The notes beneath the pieces were generated by a model, which was given only the letters and a program-made list of their open reading frames with translations, ran no database searches and was not told the DNA's origin. A program made the position numbers and the translations under genes. Source: Longimicrobiales bacterium (GTDB taxonomy: Bacteria > Gemmatimonadota > Gemmatimonadetes > Longimicrobiales > Gaopeijiaceae). From it: a DNA stretch of 64,000 nt. The DNA lies in assembly GCA_965198065.1 (NCBI GenBank), contig CBDAON010000004.1:2624001-2688000 (forward strand). Reading direction: 5' to 3'. Positions 42,367-53,684 of this stretch are shown here, one piece after another. Numbering within the stretch: position 1 is the first letter of the stretch; the number at the start of each line of letters is the position of its first letter.

Positions 42367-43373
42367 CTGACCAACTGGTGTTCGGGACCACGACCTTCAT
42401 CCTCCTGGCCATGGTCGCGATGGTGTTCGTGGTTCTCTGGGCCATTCCGGTCCGCCTCTGGGTGGAGGCGATCTCGGCGGGAGCTCAGGTCGGGATCGGC
42501 TACCTGATCGGGATGCGACTCCGGAAGGTGAATCCCCCCGCGGTCGTGCGACCTCTCATCTGGGCGACCAAGGCTGGCCTCGACATGACGGTCGGGGATC
42601 TCGAGGCGCACTATCTGGCGGGCGGGAGCGTGGACCGGGTCGTCCGGGCCCTCATCTCGGCGGATAAGGCGAACATCGACCTGTCGCTTCAGCAGGCCGC
42701 GGCCATCGACCTCGCGGGACGTGACGTCTTCGAGGCCGTAGGGGTTTCCGTGAACCCCAAGGTCATCACGACGCCCCGGGTCTCGGCTATGGCGAGGGAC
42801 GGTATCCAACTCATCGCCATGGCGCGAGTGACCGTGCGAGCGAACATCAACCGCCTCGTCGGCGGTGCCGGGGAGGAGACGATCCTAGCGCGCGTGGGGG
42901 AGGGCATCGTGTCGTCCATCGGCTCGTCCGACTCGCACAAGGCCGTGCTCGAGAACCCGGACGGCATCTCGAAGACCGTGCTCTCGCGCGGCCTGGACTC
43001 GGGGACCGCGTACGAGATCCTCTCGATCGACATCGCCGACGTGGACGTGGGGAAGAACATCGGAGCCGAGCTCCAGACCGATCAGGCCGAGGCGGACAAG
43101 CGGGTTGCCCAGGCGCGGGCCGAGGAGAGGAGAGCCATGGCCGTGGCCCTCGAGCAGGAAATGACGGCGAAGGTCGAGGAGATGCGGGCCCGCGTGGTCG
43201 AGGCCGAGGCCGAGGTGCCGAAGGCCATGGCGGCCGCGTTCCGGGACGGAAACTTCGGGATCATGGACTACATGCGTTACCGGAACATCGAGTCCGACAC
43301 GTCGATGCGGACCACAATCGCAGACAGCGAGGGCGACGACCGAGCCGATCCGATGCCGGGATCATCGTCGTAG
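42363..43373 (+). CDS. floA: flotillin-like protein FloA (YqfA)
   Basis: [50 protein letters not shown]. Confidence 0.95.
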   Translation: MTDQLVFGTTTFILLAMVAMVFVVLWAIPVRLWVEAISAGAQVGIGYLIGMRLRKVNPPAVVRPLIWATKAGLDMTVGDLEAHYLAGGSVDRVVRALISADKANIDLSLQQAAAIDLAGRDVFEAVGVSVNPKVITTPRVSAMARDGIQLIAMARVTVRANINRLVGGAGEETILARVGEGIVSSIGSSDSHKAVLENPDGISKTVLSRGLDSGTAYEILSIDIADVDVGKNIGAELQTDQAEADKRVAQARAEERRAMAVALEQEMTAKVEEMRARVVEAEAEVPKAMAAAFRDGNFGIMDYMRYRNIESDTSMRTTIADSEGDDRADPMPGSSS

Positions 43374-43445
43374 GTCCCTCGCTCGCGCGCCGCCCGGCCA
43401 CGAGCGTCGCCCCTCGATCCCCGCGGGGCCGAAGGAGTCGATGAC

Positions 43446-44177
43446 GTGGACTTCCAGCTCCTCTTTATCCTGATCGTGGTCGCCGCGGCGATCTTCGACG
43501 CGGCGGGGCGCGCGAGGCGGAGGCGCATGCCCCAGCCGGAGGAGGAGTCGGAGGAGGTGCCCGTCTCCCCAGGGGAAGCTCGAACGGGTGCCGCTCAGCG
43601 CCGCTGGGAGGCTGCCGAGCGGGGAGGCGCGCTCGAGGCCCCGGAACCAGGGACCGGGACCGCGACGCGGGAAGGCCGAGAAACCGCGGACTCGATGGTG
43701 CCGGCTGACCTCTGGGCCGTCCTTACCGGGGAGGCGTCTCCGGGCACCAGGACTCGGGACCCGGCCGGACGTGCGGGAACGGAGCGGTCCGACGACTCAC
43801 GGGACGTCGAGCCTTGGGACGAGATGGGCATCGAGGGGGAATCCGTCGAGACGATTCCCCCGGCACCGCGGGAACGAGAATGGAAGGGGGATCCGACTAG
43901 CATCCCCTGGAGGCCTGAGCCTCCCCCGACGCCTCCGGCACCCGCCGCCCCGGCAGCGAAGGCGGCCCCGGCCGTCCCTCCCGTCCCGCTTCCCCTGGCG
44001 GCCGCTCGAGCGCGTCGGGCGCCGGGTCGTGGACCGGGCAAGCGGGCATCAGGCGCCTACTCGGCCCTCCTGTCGGGCGCCGGACCCGGCGGGCTCCGTA
44101 GGGCGATCGTTTTGACGGAGATCCTGGGGAAGCCGGTCGCGCTCCGGCGATCGACGGATCCGTGGGAGGGGGGTTAA
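43446..44177 (+). CDS. hypothetical protein, third gene of the nfeD-floA operon (YqfB-like)
   Basis: N-terminal TM, disordered middle, C-terminal LRRAIVLTEILGKP motif. Confidence 0.7.
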   Translation: MDFQLLFILIVVAAAIFDAAGRARRRRMPQPEEESEEVPVSPGEARTGAAQRRWEAAERGGALEAPEPGTGTATREGRETADSMVPADLWAVLTGEASPGTRTRDPAGRAGTERSDDSRDVEPWDEMGIEGESVETIPPAPREREWKGDPTSIPWRPEPPPTPPAPAAPAAKAAPAVPPVPLPLAAARARRAPGRGPGKRASGAYSALLSGAGPGGLRRAIVLTEILGKPVALRRSTDPWEGG

Positions 44178-44256
44178 CGATCCGGCGGGGGTGGCGTCGA
44201 CCCGACGCTCCCATGGCGGTGTACGGTGCCCCCGAGCACGCGGCCGGTGCCGCCCA

Positions 44257-47085
44257 CTACATCTCCCCGCGGCCCATCTTCCTCAGGACCGTGTGCAGGA
44301 TCCCACCGTTCCGGTAATACTCCACGTCCACGTCGGAGTCGAGCCGGACGTCGGCCCGGAACTCGATCGCAGAGCCGTCGGCCTTCTTCGCCACGACGGA
44401 GACGGTCGAGCTCGGGCCCAGCCTGTTCGCAATCCCCGTGATGTCGAGCACTTCTGTGCCGTCGAGCCCCAACGACTCCGCCCACTTCCCCTCCGGGAAC
44501 TGGAGGGGCAGCACGCCCATCCCAACCAGGTTCGAGCGGTGGATGCGCTCGTAGCTCCGCGCGATCACGGCCCGGACGCCGAGCAGGCTCGTGCCCTTCG
44601 CCGCCCAGTCCCGTGACGAGCCCGTGCCGTACTCCATGCCCGCGAGGATGACGAGCGGGGTCCCCTCGGCCTGGTACTTCATCGAGGCGTCGTAGATCGG
44701 CATCACCTCGCCGTCCGGTAAGTGCTTCGTGTAGCCTCCCTCCTTGCCGTCCAGAAGCAGGTTCTTGATCCGCACGTTACCGAACGTGCCGCGCATCATG
44801 ACGTCGTGGTTCCCGCGCCGGGCTCCGAACGTGTTGAACTCCCACGGCTTGACCCCGTGTCCGATCAGGAACCTCCCCGCGGGCTCGTCCTTGGGGATCG
44901 CGCCGGCCGGCGAGATGTGGTCCGTCGTCACGCTGTCGCCCAGCCGAGCGAGCACGCGGGCGCCCCGAACGTCCGAGAGGGGCGGCACTTCGAGCGACAT
45001 CCCCTCGAAGAAGGGCGGGTTCTGGATGTACGTCGAGCTCTCGTCCCACTCGTAGAGCGACCCGTCTTCTTTCGGGAGGGGAAGCGCCTTCCAGAGGTCG
45101 TCCCCGTCGAAGACCTCCCCGTAGCGCTCCTGGTACATGCCGGGGCGGAGGGAACGCTCGACGGTCTCCCGGATCTCCCGCTGAGACGGCCAGAGGTCCT
45201 TCAGGTACACGGGCGTCCCCTCGGCTCCGGTCCCGATCGGCTCGGAGAGGAGGTCCAGGTCGATCCGCCCCGCGAGCGCAAACGCGACGACCAGCGGCGG
45301 CGAGGCGAGGTAGTTGGCTCGGACTAGCGGGTGGATCCGCGCCTCGAAGTTCCGATTTCCCGAGAGCACCGACGACACGACGAGGCCCTGGCTCTTCACG
45401 GCCTCCGCGATCGGCTCCGGGAGAGGCCCCGAGTTCCCGATACAGGTCGTGCACCCGTAGCCCACGACGTTGAATCCGAGCTGGTCTAGAGACTCGAGGA
45501 GGCCTGACGCCTCGAGGTAATCGGTCACGACCTTGGAGCCCGGGGCCATGGAGGTCTTGACCCAAGTGGGCACCGTGAGCCCCCGCTCGATGGCCTTCTT
45601 TGCGAGGAGCCCGGCCCCGACCATGACGGAGGGGTTCGATGTGTTCGTGCACGACGTGATGGCCGCGATCACGATGCTCCCGTCGGTGATCGCGACCTCC
45701 CGGCCACCCAGCTCGATCAGCGCCACGCGCGGGTGCGGATCCAGGACCGACGTGACAGCGGAGTGGCGTTCCCCGCCGGTCGCGACGCCCGGCTCGGGGA
45801 AGTCGCCCCCCTCCCCGTTCCAGCTCGCAAGCCCCGGGGGGCGTGGCCCCTCGGGGAGGGAGAACCCCTGGGGGAGGAGCCCCGTCAGGTCCCGATCGAA
45901 GGAGCTCTTCAGGTCCGCGAGCCGGAGGCGGTCCTGCGGCCGCCGGGGCCCTGCGACGGACGGCTCGATCGAGCCCAGATCGAGCTCCAACGTCACCGTG
46001 TACTCCGGATCCGGAGTGTCGTGGGTGCGGAAGAGGTCCAGAGCCCTCGAGATCTGTCCCACCCGTTCCACGAGCTCCGGGCTCCGTCCCGTGCCCTCCA
46101 AGTAGCGGAGCGTCTCATCGTCTACCGGGAAGAACCCGACCGTGGCCCCGTACTCCGGGGACATGTTCGCGATCGTGGCGCGGTCCGGGAGCGTGAGGGA
46201 CGAGAGCCCGGAGCCGTAGAACTCGACGAACTTGTCCACGACGCCCTGCTCTCGGAGCATCTCTGTTACACGCAGCACGAGGTCCGTCGCGGTCGCTCCT
46301 TCGGGGAGCCGCCCCGTGATCTTCACGCCCACGACCTCCGGGGTCAGCATGTAGTACGGCTGGCCCAGGAGGACTGCCTCGGCCTCGATCCCTCCCACGC
46401 CCCACCCCACGACCCCGAGGCCGTTGATCATTGTCGTGTGCGAGTCCGTCCCGACCAGCGTGTCGGGGAACGCCACGTTGGAGCCGTCCACCGTCCTGCG
46501 ATGCACGACGGACGCCAGGTACTCGAGGTTCACCTGGTGGACGATCCCCGTCCCGGGGGGCACGACCTGGAAATCATTGAACGCGACCTGAGCCCAGCGG
46601 AGGAGCGCGTAACGCTCGCCGTTGCGCTCGTATTCCCTGGCCACGTTCTGGCGATAGGCCTCCGGCGTCCCGAAGTAGTCCACCTGGACCGAATGATCGA
46701 TCACGAGGTCGGCGGGCACCTGCGGGTTGATCCGCTCCGGGTCGCCCCCAATCGCGGAAAGCCCCGCTCGCATGGCAGCCAGGTCTACGACCGCGGGGAC
46801 GCCTGTGAAGTCCTGGAGCACGACCCGGGTCGGCATGAAGGGGATGTTCACCCCGGCTTCCGTGGGGCTCCACGCCGCGACGGCACGGACGTCGTCCTCC
46901 GTGACGTAACCCTTCCCGGCGTGGCGAAGCGCGTTCTCGAGCAGGATTCGGATGGAAAACGGGAGGCGTTCGATCGAGGTGACACCCGCGTCCTCGAGCC
47001 GTCGAATACGGTAGAACGAAGTCCTTCCCTCGGGCAGATCTATGTTGGCCAGGGCCCCGAACGGGTTCTTACTCTGGGCTCCCAC
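44257..47085 (-). CDS. acnA: aconitate hydratase A
   Basis: QDFTGVP, DHSVQVD, GTDSHT, AITSCTNTSNP, GYGCTTCIGNSG, SGNRNFE, GSSRDWAAKG. Confidence 0.98.
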   Translation of the reverse strand: MGAQSKNPFGALANIDLPEGRTSFYRIRRLEDAGVTSIERLPFSIRILLENALRHAGKGYVTEDDVRAVAAWSPTEAGVNIPFMPTRVVLQDFTGVPAVVDLAAMRAGLSAIGGDPERINPQVPADLVIDHSVQVDYFGTPEAYRQNVAREYERNGERYALLRWAQVAFNDFQVVPPGTGIVHQVNLEYLASVVHRRTVDGSNVAFPDTLVGTDSHTTMINGLGVVGWGVGGIEAEAVLLGQPYYMLTPEVVGVKITGRLPEGATATDLVLRVTEMLREQGVVDKFVEFYGSGLSSLTLPDRATIANMSPEYGATVGFFPVDDETLRYLEGTGRSPELVERVGQISRALDLFRTHDTPDPEYTVTLELDLGSIEPSVAGPRRPQDRLRLADLKSSFDRDLTGLLPQGFSLPEGPRPPGLASWNGEGGDFPEPGVATGGERHSAVTSVLDPHPRVALIELGGREVAITDGSIVIAAITSCTNTSNPSVMVGAGLLAKKAIERGLTVPTWVKTSMAPGSKVVTDYLEASGLLESLDQLGFNVVGYGCTTCIGNSGPLPEPIAEAVKSQGLVVSSVLSGNRNFEARIHPLVRANYLASPPLVVAFALAGRIDLDLLSEPIGTGAEGTPVYLKDLWPSQREIRETVERSLRPGMYQERYGEVFDGDDLWKALPLPKEDGSLYEWDESSTYIQNPPFFEGMSLEVPPLSDVRGARVLARLGDSVTTDHISPAGAIPKDEPAGRFLIGHGVKPWEFNTFGARRGNHDVMMRGTFGNVRIKNLLLDGKEGGYTKHLPDGEVMPIYDASMKYQAEGTPLVILAGMEYGTGSSRDWAAKGTSLLGVRAVIARSYERIHRSNLVGMGVLPLQFPEGKWAESLGLDGTEVLDITGIANRLGPSSTVSVVAKKADGSAIEFRADVRLDSDVDVEYYRNGGILHTVLRKMGRGEM

Positions 47086-47357
47086 GCGGTCTCCCTCAGG
47101 CGATCGGAATGGCGAGATGGTGACGGAGGCGCCGCGAACGCGGCGACGATCCTAAGACTACGATGGGTCGGCTCCCGGGGACAGGGAACGGCGGGAGCAC
47201 CGGGAATGGGTCGTGACTCGCTGCCGACGAGCGACCCCCGCCGCACTCGTCAGGGGGTCATCCCTTGCCCGCCGTTGCGGGGACCCTTGACGGAGGACCG
47301 CCCCGCCGTGAACAGTCAGCCTCCCTTACGTGTCGCCCCGTTTCGTGGGAGGAGAAC

Positions 47358-47666
47358 GTGCACTATCTCCTGATGTACGAGTTCGTCGAAGACTACCTGG
47401 AGCGGCGGGCGCCGTTCAGGAACGCCCACCTCGGCCTCGCGTGGCAGGCACACGAGCGGGGCGACCTCGTCCTCGGAGGTGCGCTCGCCGAGCCGGCGGA
47501 CGGCGCGCTTCTCCTCTTCCAGGGAGAGGGCCCCGAAACCGTGATGGCCTTCGCCGAAGCCGACCCGTATGTGCTGAACGGGATCGTCCAGAAGTGGACG
47601 GTGCGCCCGTGGACCACGGTGGTGGGAGAGGGGGCGAGCACCCCCGTCCGGCCTGAGGGAGGGTGA
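47358..47666 (+). CDS. YciI-like protein
   Basis: YLERRAPFRNAHL...LGGALAEPADGA...FAEADPYV. Confidence 0.9.
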   Translation: MHYLLMYEFVEDYLERRAPFRNAHLGLAWQAHERGDLVLGGALAEPADGALLLFQGEGPETVMAFAEADPYVLNGIVQKWTVRPWTTVVGEGASTPVRPEGG

Positions 47667-47749
47667 GCGTCGGAGGGTGAGCTTAGCGCACGCGGTCCAA
47701 CCTCGGCTCCGTGCACGTTCCCTTCGTTGTCCACGGCCGCACGAGCGAG

Positions 47750-47803
47750 GGGCGGCCCGGGTTGCCCCGGACCGCCCCTCGCTCATCCTGTCGCGCTAGT
47801 GAC
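47750..47803 (-). repeat. copy 1 of a ~55-bp gene-end/terminator-like repeat
   Basis: GGGCGGCCCGGGTTGCCCCGGACCGCCCCTCGCTCATCCTGTCGCGCTAGTGAC; near-identical to 49013-49068. Confidence 0.85.
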
Positions 47804-47837
47804 GTGCTCAAGGGCACCGGCCGGCGCCCCCTCCCAG

Positions 47838-48878
47838 TCACATCGACCCGTGGTTGTCGAAGCTCGCAGGTGCCATGTGCTTCCGGAGCATCCGAGGTCC
47901 AACCTCGGCACCGTAGACGTTCCCGTCGTTGTCCACGGCCACCCCCTCGGCCGCGCTCGTTCCTCCGGGATTGGATTGGGGATCCGGGATGAAGAAGAGG
48001 ATCGTCGCCGTCTGGAGGTCGATGACGCGAATTCCTCGCTTGAACCCGGGGCTGCTGCCCATCGCCGACTCCGAGTCCGCGATGTACATCCAGTCGTTGT
48101 TGTCGATGAAGATTCCGCTGGTCCGCCCGACGTTGTAGTAGTCGCGGACGAATTCCCCCTCCTGAGTGAAGACCTGGACCCTGCGGTTGGACCGGTCACC
48201 CACGTAGAGGAGGCCCTCCGAGTCCATCGCGAGACCGTGGGGAGTGCGGAACTGTCCCGGCCCCGAACCCGTCTCACCCCACTCCAGAAGATAGCGACCT
48301 TCTGGCGATAACTTCACGATCCGGTTGTTCCCGGTCCCCCCGTGCCCGTCGGCCACGAAGATGTTCCCGTCCGGGGCGACCAGCACGTCGCTGGGCGCCT
48401 CAAGCAACGTTTGGGTCCGTCCCCCGACGCCCGCCTGGCCGATCCGCATGAGCTCCTGGCCTTGGGGGCTGAACTTGATCACCTGGTGACCGCGGCCATC
48501 ACCACCCCGGCCGTCGGTGACCCACACGTTCCCGTCGCGATCCACATCGATCCCGTGCGGCCACTCGAAGAGCCCCGCGCCGAACTGGCGGAGGATGTTC
48601 CCGTCCTTGTCGAACTGGAAGATGATGTCCTCGTTGTAGCCGGGCTCGCAGCCGTTGGCGCCACAGCGGTCGACTGCCCAGATCGTCTCACCATCGGGGG
48701 AGACTTCCACCAAGCTGGTCGCACCCCACTCCCTCCCGTCCGGAAGCGGCGCCCAGACGCCCTCCACTGTCTGATAGGGGTTGGGCGCATTATTTTGCGC
48801 GTACGCGTCGCCGCTCGGGACCGCCGTCCAGGCGGCGAGGGCGAGCGCCGCGATTCCGGTTCGCGTGACCTTGGACAT
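47838..48878 (-). CDS. secreted NHL-repeat beta-propeller protein (PAL-like)
   Basis: signal peptide; repeated PHGIDVD, PSDVLVAPDG.IFVADG and PHGLAMD..G.LYVGDR units. Confidence 0.88.
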   Translation of the reverse strand: MSKVTRTGIAALALAAWTAVPSGDAYAQNNAPNPYQTVEGVWAPLPDGREWGATSLVEVSPDGETIWAVDRCGANGCEPGYNEDIIFQFDKDGNILRQFGAGLFEWPHGIDVDRDGNVWVTDGRGGDGRGHQVIKFSPQGQELMRIGQAGVGGRTQTLLEAPSDVLVAPDGNIFVADGHGGTGNNRIVKLSPEGRYLLEWGETGSGPGQFRTPHGLAMDSEGLLYVGDRSNRRVQVFTQEGEFVRDYYNVGRTSGIFIDNNDWMYIADSESAMGSSPGFKRGIRVIDLQTATILFFIPDPQSNPGGTSAAEGVAVDNDGNVYGAEVGPRMLRKHMAPASFDNHGSM

Positions 48879-49001
48879 CGAAGACCTCCATTCAGCGGTG
48901 GCGATAGACGGCGCCGGAGGCGGCTCCGGCGTCCGCGAAGGCAGGCAAGCTCCCCAGAACTGTAGGGGAAAGCAAGCTACGACGGGGCTTGTGTGCGGGC
49001 A

Positions 49002-49068
49002 AACGAAAGGAAGGGCGGCCCGGGCTCTGCCCCGGACCGCCCCGCGCTCATTCTGTCGCGCTAGTGAC
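49002..49068 (-). terminator. copy 2 of the repeat; GC hairpin plus T-rich tail on the minus strand (intrinsic terminator-like)
   Basis: minus strand GGGCGGTCCGGGGCAGAGCCCGGGCCGCCC followed by TTCCTTTCGTTT. Confidence 0.65.
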
Positions 49069-50335
49069 CTGCCCCGAAGAGCGGTACCACAACCTATGTT
49101 AGTCCCAGCACCTGTGGAGGGCGGTGAAGGACGGGCATCCTCAGGAACCAGGGCGACGGCTTAATCGCCTCAGGGGCCGGGGGAAAGCCGCCGCAGGCGC
49201 TGTGGGGTCGGACGGTATTGTACTCGCGCCTCCATTGCTCGACCAGCACGGCCGCCTCCGCCAACGAGCAGAAGATCTCCCCGTTCAACAGCTCGTCCCT
49301 GAGCTTGCCGTTGAAGCTCTCGTTGTAGCCGTTCTCCCACGGGCTGCTCGGCTCGATAAAGAGCGTCTCGACGCCCACGCGCCCCAACCACCGCCGCACG
49401 GGCTTCGCGGTGAACTCCGGTCCGTTGTCCGACCTCAGATACTCGGGAGGCCCGTGTCGGACGAACAGATCGGCCAGCACCTCGAGCACGTCGTGCGAGC
49501 GGATCTTGCGAGCCACCACGATCGCCAGGCACTCCCTCGTGTGCTCGTCCAGCACTGTCAGCAGCTTCAGCGCACGCCCGTCGTGCGTCCTCGAGGCCAC
49601 GAAGTCGTACGACCAGACGTGGCCCCGATACAGCCGGCCTCAGCCGGATGCACGATCCGTCGTTGAGCCACAGCCGACCTCGCTTCGGCTGCCGCTCCGG
49701 GACCTTCAGCCCCTCCTGCCTCCAGATCCGCTCCACCCGCTTGTGCTTCACCCCCCAGCCCTCGATGCGGAGCGTGTCCGTGACGCGTCGCTAGCCGTAG
49801 CGGCCGAATCGACTCGCGAGTCGCACGATATCACCTCGGAGCGCCCCCTCGTCACTCGCCACTTTCCTCGCCCCGCGCTGGGTCGTGCGTGGCTGCCCGA
49901 GCACCCGGCACGCTCTCCTCTCCGACGCCCCGAGCTGCTGACGTACACGCACCACACAACGTCGTCGGCCCTCGGGGCTCAGAAGTTTCCCTTGGCCGCT
50001 TCCTCCACGATCAGCTTGTCCAGTGTCAAGTCCGCCACTGCTCGCTTCAGGCGCCCGTTCTCGCGCTCGAGCTCCTTCAGGCGCCGTGCCTGGCTCACCT
50101 TCATCCCGCCGTACTCCCGCCTCCACCGGTAGTACGTCTGCTCGGTGATGCCGAGCTCCCCCCTGATCAGCTTCACGGATTTGCCGCCGGCCAGACCGAC
50201 CTCTGCCTCCCGCACTGCAGTGATGATCTGCTCCGGAGTGTGTCGCTTCCTTCCCATCCTGACCTCCTCGCTGAAAAGCTTCGGACCAGCTCGATCCTAA
50301 CATTGCACCTGGTCTCGTTTCAGCGGGTCAGGTCA
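49065..50335 (-). mobile_element. IS3-family element, orfB inactivated
   Basis: ends TGACCTGCCCC / GGGTCAGGTCA; orfA 49979-50257; GGGAAAC slip site; orfB has an in-frame TAG at 49791 and a frameshift near 49630; DDE motif RSDNGPEF. Confidence 0.92.
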
Positions 50336-51675
50336 ACGTGGGCTCCATCGGGTGACCAAGTACTATTCATCACCTCCCCGTCAGGTGGAGTGAGCCGAAC
50401 CGCGGGGGTTGTCCCGTCCAGACTGCTAATCCATAAGCCTCCGCTTGCTTCCTCCGGTGTGTATTCGCTGGGCCAACTGGCTCGTCGGCCGTCGGGGGAC
50501 AAGGCTGGCGCCGCGTACTCGGCAAGCGATCGAATTGCCGACGCGCCATCTGTCACGTCCTCGCCGTCGTTCACGCGGAACGTACCCACCACACGCCCCG
50601 GGCGACGGCCCTCAAGACCAAGAAGAATTCTGTCCCGGGAGCGATCAATGCACGCCACGATCGAGGCAGCTGGAACGGGCAATACTCTCCGGTTGTCGTT
50701 GGCTGGCTCAACACAGACTACTTGGTAGCCCGCGGATCCCAGATGGTTTCCATACAGCCGGCCGTTCCGGTCCCAGCACAGGTAGTGCCCTACCCTTAGG
50801 AGGGTATTTGAGCTGCCACCGTCGGATCCGACAATGCGTACCGCTTCAGAGTTGCGGATACCCGGCGGGGCCGTACAAGGGAAGGCAACCAACCCTCCAT
50901 CGTGTGACCAACACGGTGGGCCGGTCGCGTTGTCGGCTGCTATGGTCCTCAGCGTGTGAGCTGGAAGATCAAGAACATTGATGTCGCCTTGAGTACGGAA
51001 GACGATCTCTCCCCGCAGCCGCCAGCGCCTCACAAGCTCTCGGTTTACCTGGAATCCACCTGACTGCGTCGCGCCCGAGAACAGGTGTGGTGACGAGTCT
51101 TCCAATCCCGTGACTTCAGCTAGGCGCTTGAACAGCCTGCGCACCTCTGCGGGTTGATACACGAATCGGCGCGACGCCGTCGTGAGGGCAGCAGCCAGTT
51201 CGACCTTGCTTGGCATGGGTTGCAGAAGGGGATCAGCGGCAAGCGCCAGGCAGTTGCCCTCTACGGCCGAGCTCAGCGCCTCATATGCAGGAGTGGAGCG
51301 ATCCTGCAGTGCTCGATGAATCTCCGGCTCGGGTGGGTATACGCCTGCGGAGTTGTGTGTGTGAAGGGCAAGGCGCAGCATCCATGCTGGAAACAGAGCC
51401 TCAAAGTCCCGTGGGAAAGGGAAGGCGGGTTGATGGTTCGCAAGGACTGGCGAAGGAATTCTCCCGGTCCGCTCGCTCACATCCTCGTCCCACACAACGA
51501 AGATGCGGTCCTCGTAACCGTCCTGAGTTGCTTCGCGAAGCCGGGCTTCTATCTCGCTGTGGCCACCACCGTTCTTGACGAGCTCTGAGAGGGTGGTTAT
51601 GGCCCCGGGCCAGGATGCCAGTGCGTCCTGCAGGTATCGGGCTGCTGACTGACCTTCGACTAGGAGCTCGACCAC
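50336..51675 (-). CDS. OLD-type TOPRIM-like domain fused to a TolB/WD40-like propeller; C-terminus cut by IS3
   Basis: LLVEG...NGGG...VVWDED...DFE...SKVELAAAL, then WSHDGG, LSPDGR and WSPDG repeats. Confidence 0.65.
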
Positions 51676-51785
51676 TGTTCATGCTGCCTGCGCTGAGGGG
51701 TTCACCGAAGAGTAGGTGGCCGACATGAGAGGGCGTCGGTACGGGATGATAGGGAAGGCGCCCTCCGCCCAACAACTGGTGCGCA

Positions 51786-53074
51786 CGACCTGCCCCCAAA
51801 AGCGGTACCACCTAGAGTGTTAGTCCAAGCACCTCCTTTTGGCTGGGGGGTGGTCCAAGAAGCAGAGGTAGGTTGAGCAGCTTTGGGTCTGGCCGGATCG
51901 CTTCGGGGGCCGGGGGTCGATAACCCAGAGAGCTGTGCGGTCGATGCGTGTTGTATTCGCGCCGCCACTGCTCGATCAGCACCTTCGCCTCCTCCAGCGA
52001 ATGGAAGATTTCGCGCTTCAGCAGCTCGTTTCGGAGCGTGCCGTTAAAGCTCTCATTGTAGCCGTTCTCCCACGGGCTGCCCGGCTCGATGAACAGCGTC
52101 TTCACGCCTAGCTCACCGAGCCACTGCCGAACCACTCGGGCCGTGAACTCCGGACCGTTGTCGGAGCGAAGATTCGCCGGTGGACCGTGCTCGGCAAACA
52201 GCTCGCTCAGCGTCTGCAGAACATCGTCCGCCTGAAGCCTGCGAGTCACCACGATCGCCAGGCACTCCCGGCTGTACTCATCCAGCACCGTCAGCATCTT
52301 GAGCGGCCGTCCATCATGCGTCCGGTCCGCCACGAAGTCATACGCCCATACATGGTGTCGGTACAGGGGCCGCAGTCGGATACAAGAACCGTCGGTCAGC
52401 CACAGCCTTCCCTCGTTTCGGCTGCTTACTTGGCACCTTGAGCCCCTCCTGTCTCCAGATCCGCTCCACCCGCTTGTGGTTCACGGCCCAGCCCTCCGTC
52501 CTCAGCATCCCCGTCACCATCCGGTACCCGCAGCGCCCGAACCTGCGAGCCACCTTCACCACGTCCTCTCTCAGCGCCTCCTCATCTTCGCTTCGCTTCG
52601 GTATCCGACGCTGCGTCGAGCGTGCCTGGCCCAACACCCGGCACGCCTTGCGCTCACTCACCCCAAGCCGCTGGCGTACTTGCACCACGCAGCGTCTGCG
52701 CCACTCGGGGCTCAGTAGTTTCCCTCGGAGGCTTCCTTCAAGATCAGCTTGTCCAGCGTCAGCTCTGCCACCGCCCGCTTCAGCTGTTGGTTCTCCTTCC
52801 CTCGAGCTCCTTGAGACGCTTCGCCTGGCTCAGCTTCATTCCCCCGTACTCCCGCCGCCATCGGTAGTATGTCTGCTCGCTCACCCCCAGGTCTCGCCAC
52901 ACCTCTTTGGTCGTATTGCCGTTCGCCAGGGCCACCTCCGCCTTGCGTAGCCGGTTGATGATCTGTGCCGGACTCAGCCTCTTTGGTGCAACCATTGTGT
53001 GCCCTCCCCTTTCGTGTCTTGACCCCGTCCAGATTCTAAAACTGGACTCGGTCTCGTTTTAGGGGGTCAGATCA
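51786..53074 (-). mobile_element. IS3-family element, frameshifted
   Basis: ends CGACCTGCCCCC / GGGGGTCAGATCA; orfA and orfB pieces in several frames; integrase core 51812-52333. Confidence 0.9.
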
Positions 53075-53082
53075 CTCGCGCG

Positions 53083-53682
53083 TGGAGTCAATCCCAAAGT
53101 TAGTTGAAACTGGAGCGGCCTCCGTCTCAGGCGACAGCATGTGAACGGCTCTCGGGAAGGGTGATCCCGAGGTCCTTCTGGATCGCGGCCCTGAGGAGCG
53201 GGAGGTGTCGGTACCCGAGCAACCTCCGGAGCCGTGACTAGATCTCCAGGAGCGTGGTCGCGAGCCATCGGTGCTTCTGGCTCGAGTTCTTCCAGTGGTC
53301 CACGCGTCCGCACCTCTGCTCGGCCAGGGCGTTCACGGACTCGAGCACGTTGGTGGTCTTGAGCGACTGGCCGACCAGGGGGAAGACTCCCAACCGGTGG
53401 AGGGTGAGGGTCTCCTCGAACCCCTCATCGAGACTGGCCGCCGCGGACTGGTTCACCCCCGCGAGCTCCTGGCGCAGGGCCTTGAGGTCCTTGACGGCCT
53501 CTTCGTACGTGGGCCGCTGGTAGGCGCGCTGCAGACGCTGGCGCCAGCCCTTCTGCTCCGCTCTCGGCAGATACGAGATCACGTTCTTCCGCTTGTGCCA
53601 CTGGCACCGCTGGATGAGCACCTGTCCCTTGAAGACCGCCAGGACGCCGCTCCGGAGACCGCGGGCTCCATCGATCACCACG
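53083..53682 (-). pseudogene. IS256-family transposase C-terminal remnant
   Basis: VIDG..GL...QRCQWHKRKNV...TTNVLESVN; in-frame TAG at 53238, then RLRRLLGYRHL. Confidence 0.85.
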
Positions 53683-53684
53683 AG

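Noticed and set aside
47690..47940. Possible DGR template/variable repeat pair at the NHL gene 3' end
   Set aside because: Only about 50 bp, mismatches are not confined to adenines, and there is no reverse transcriptase in the window.
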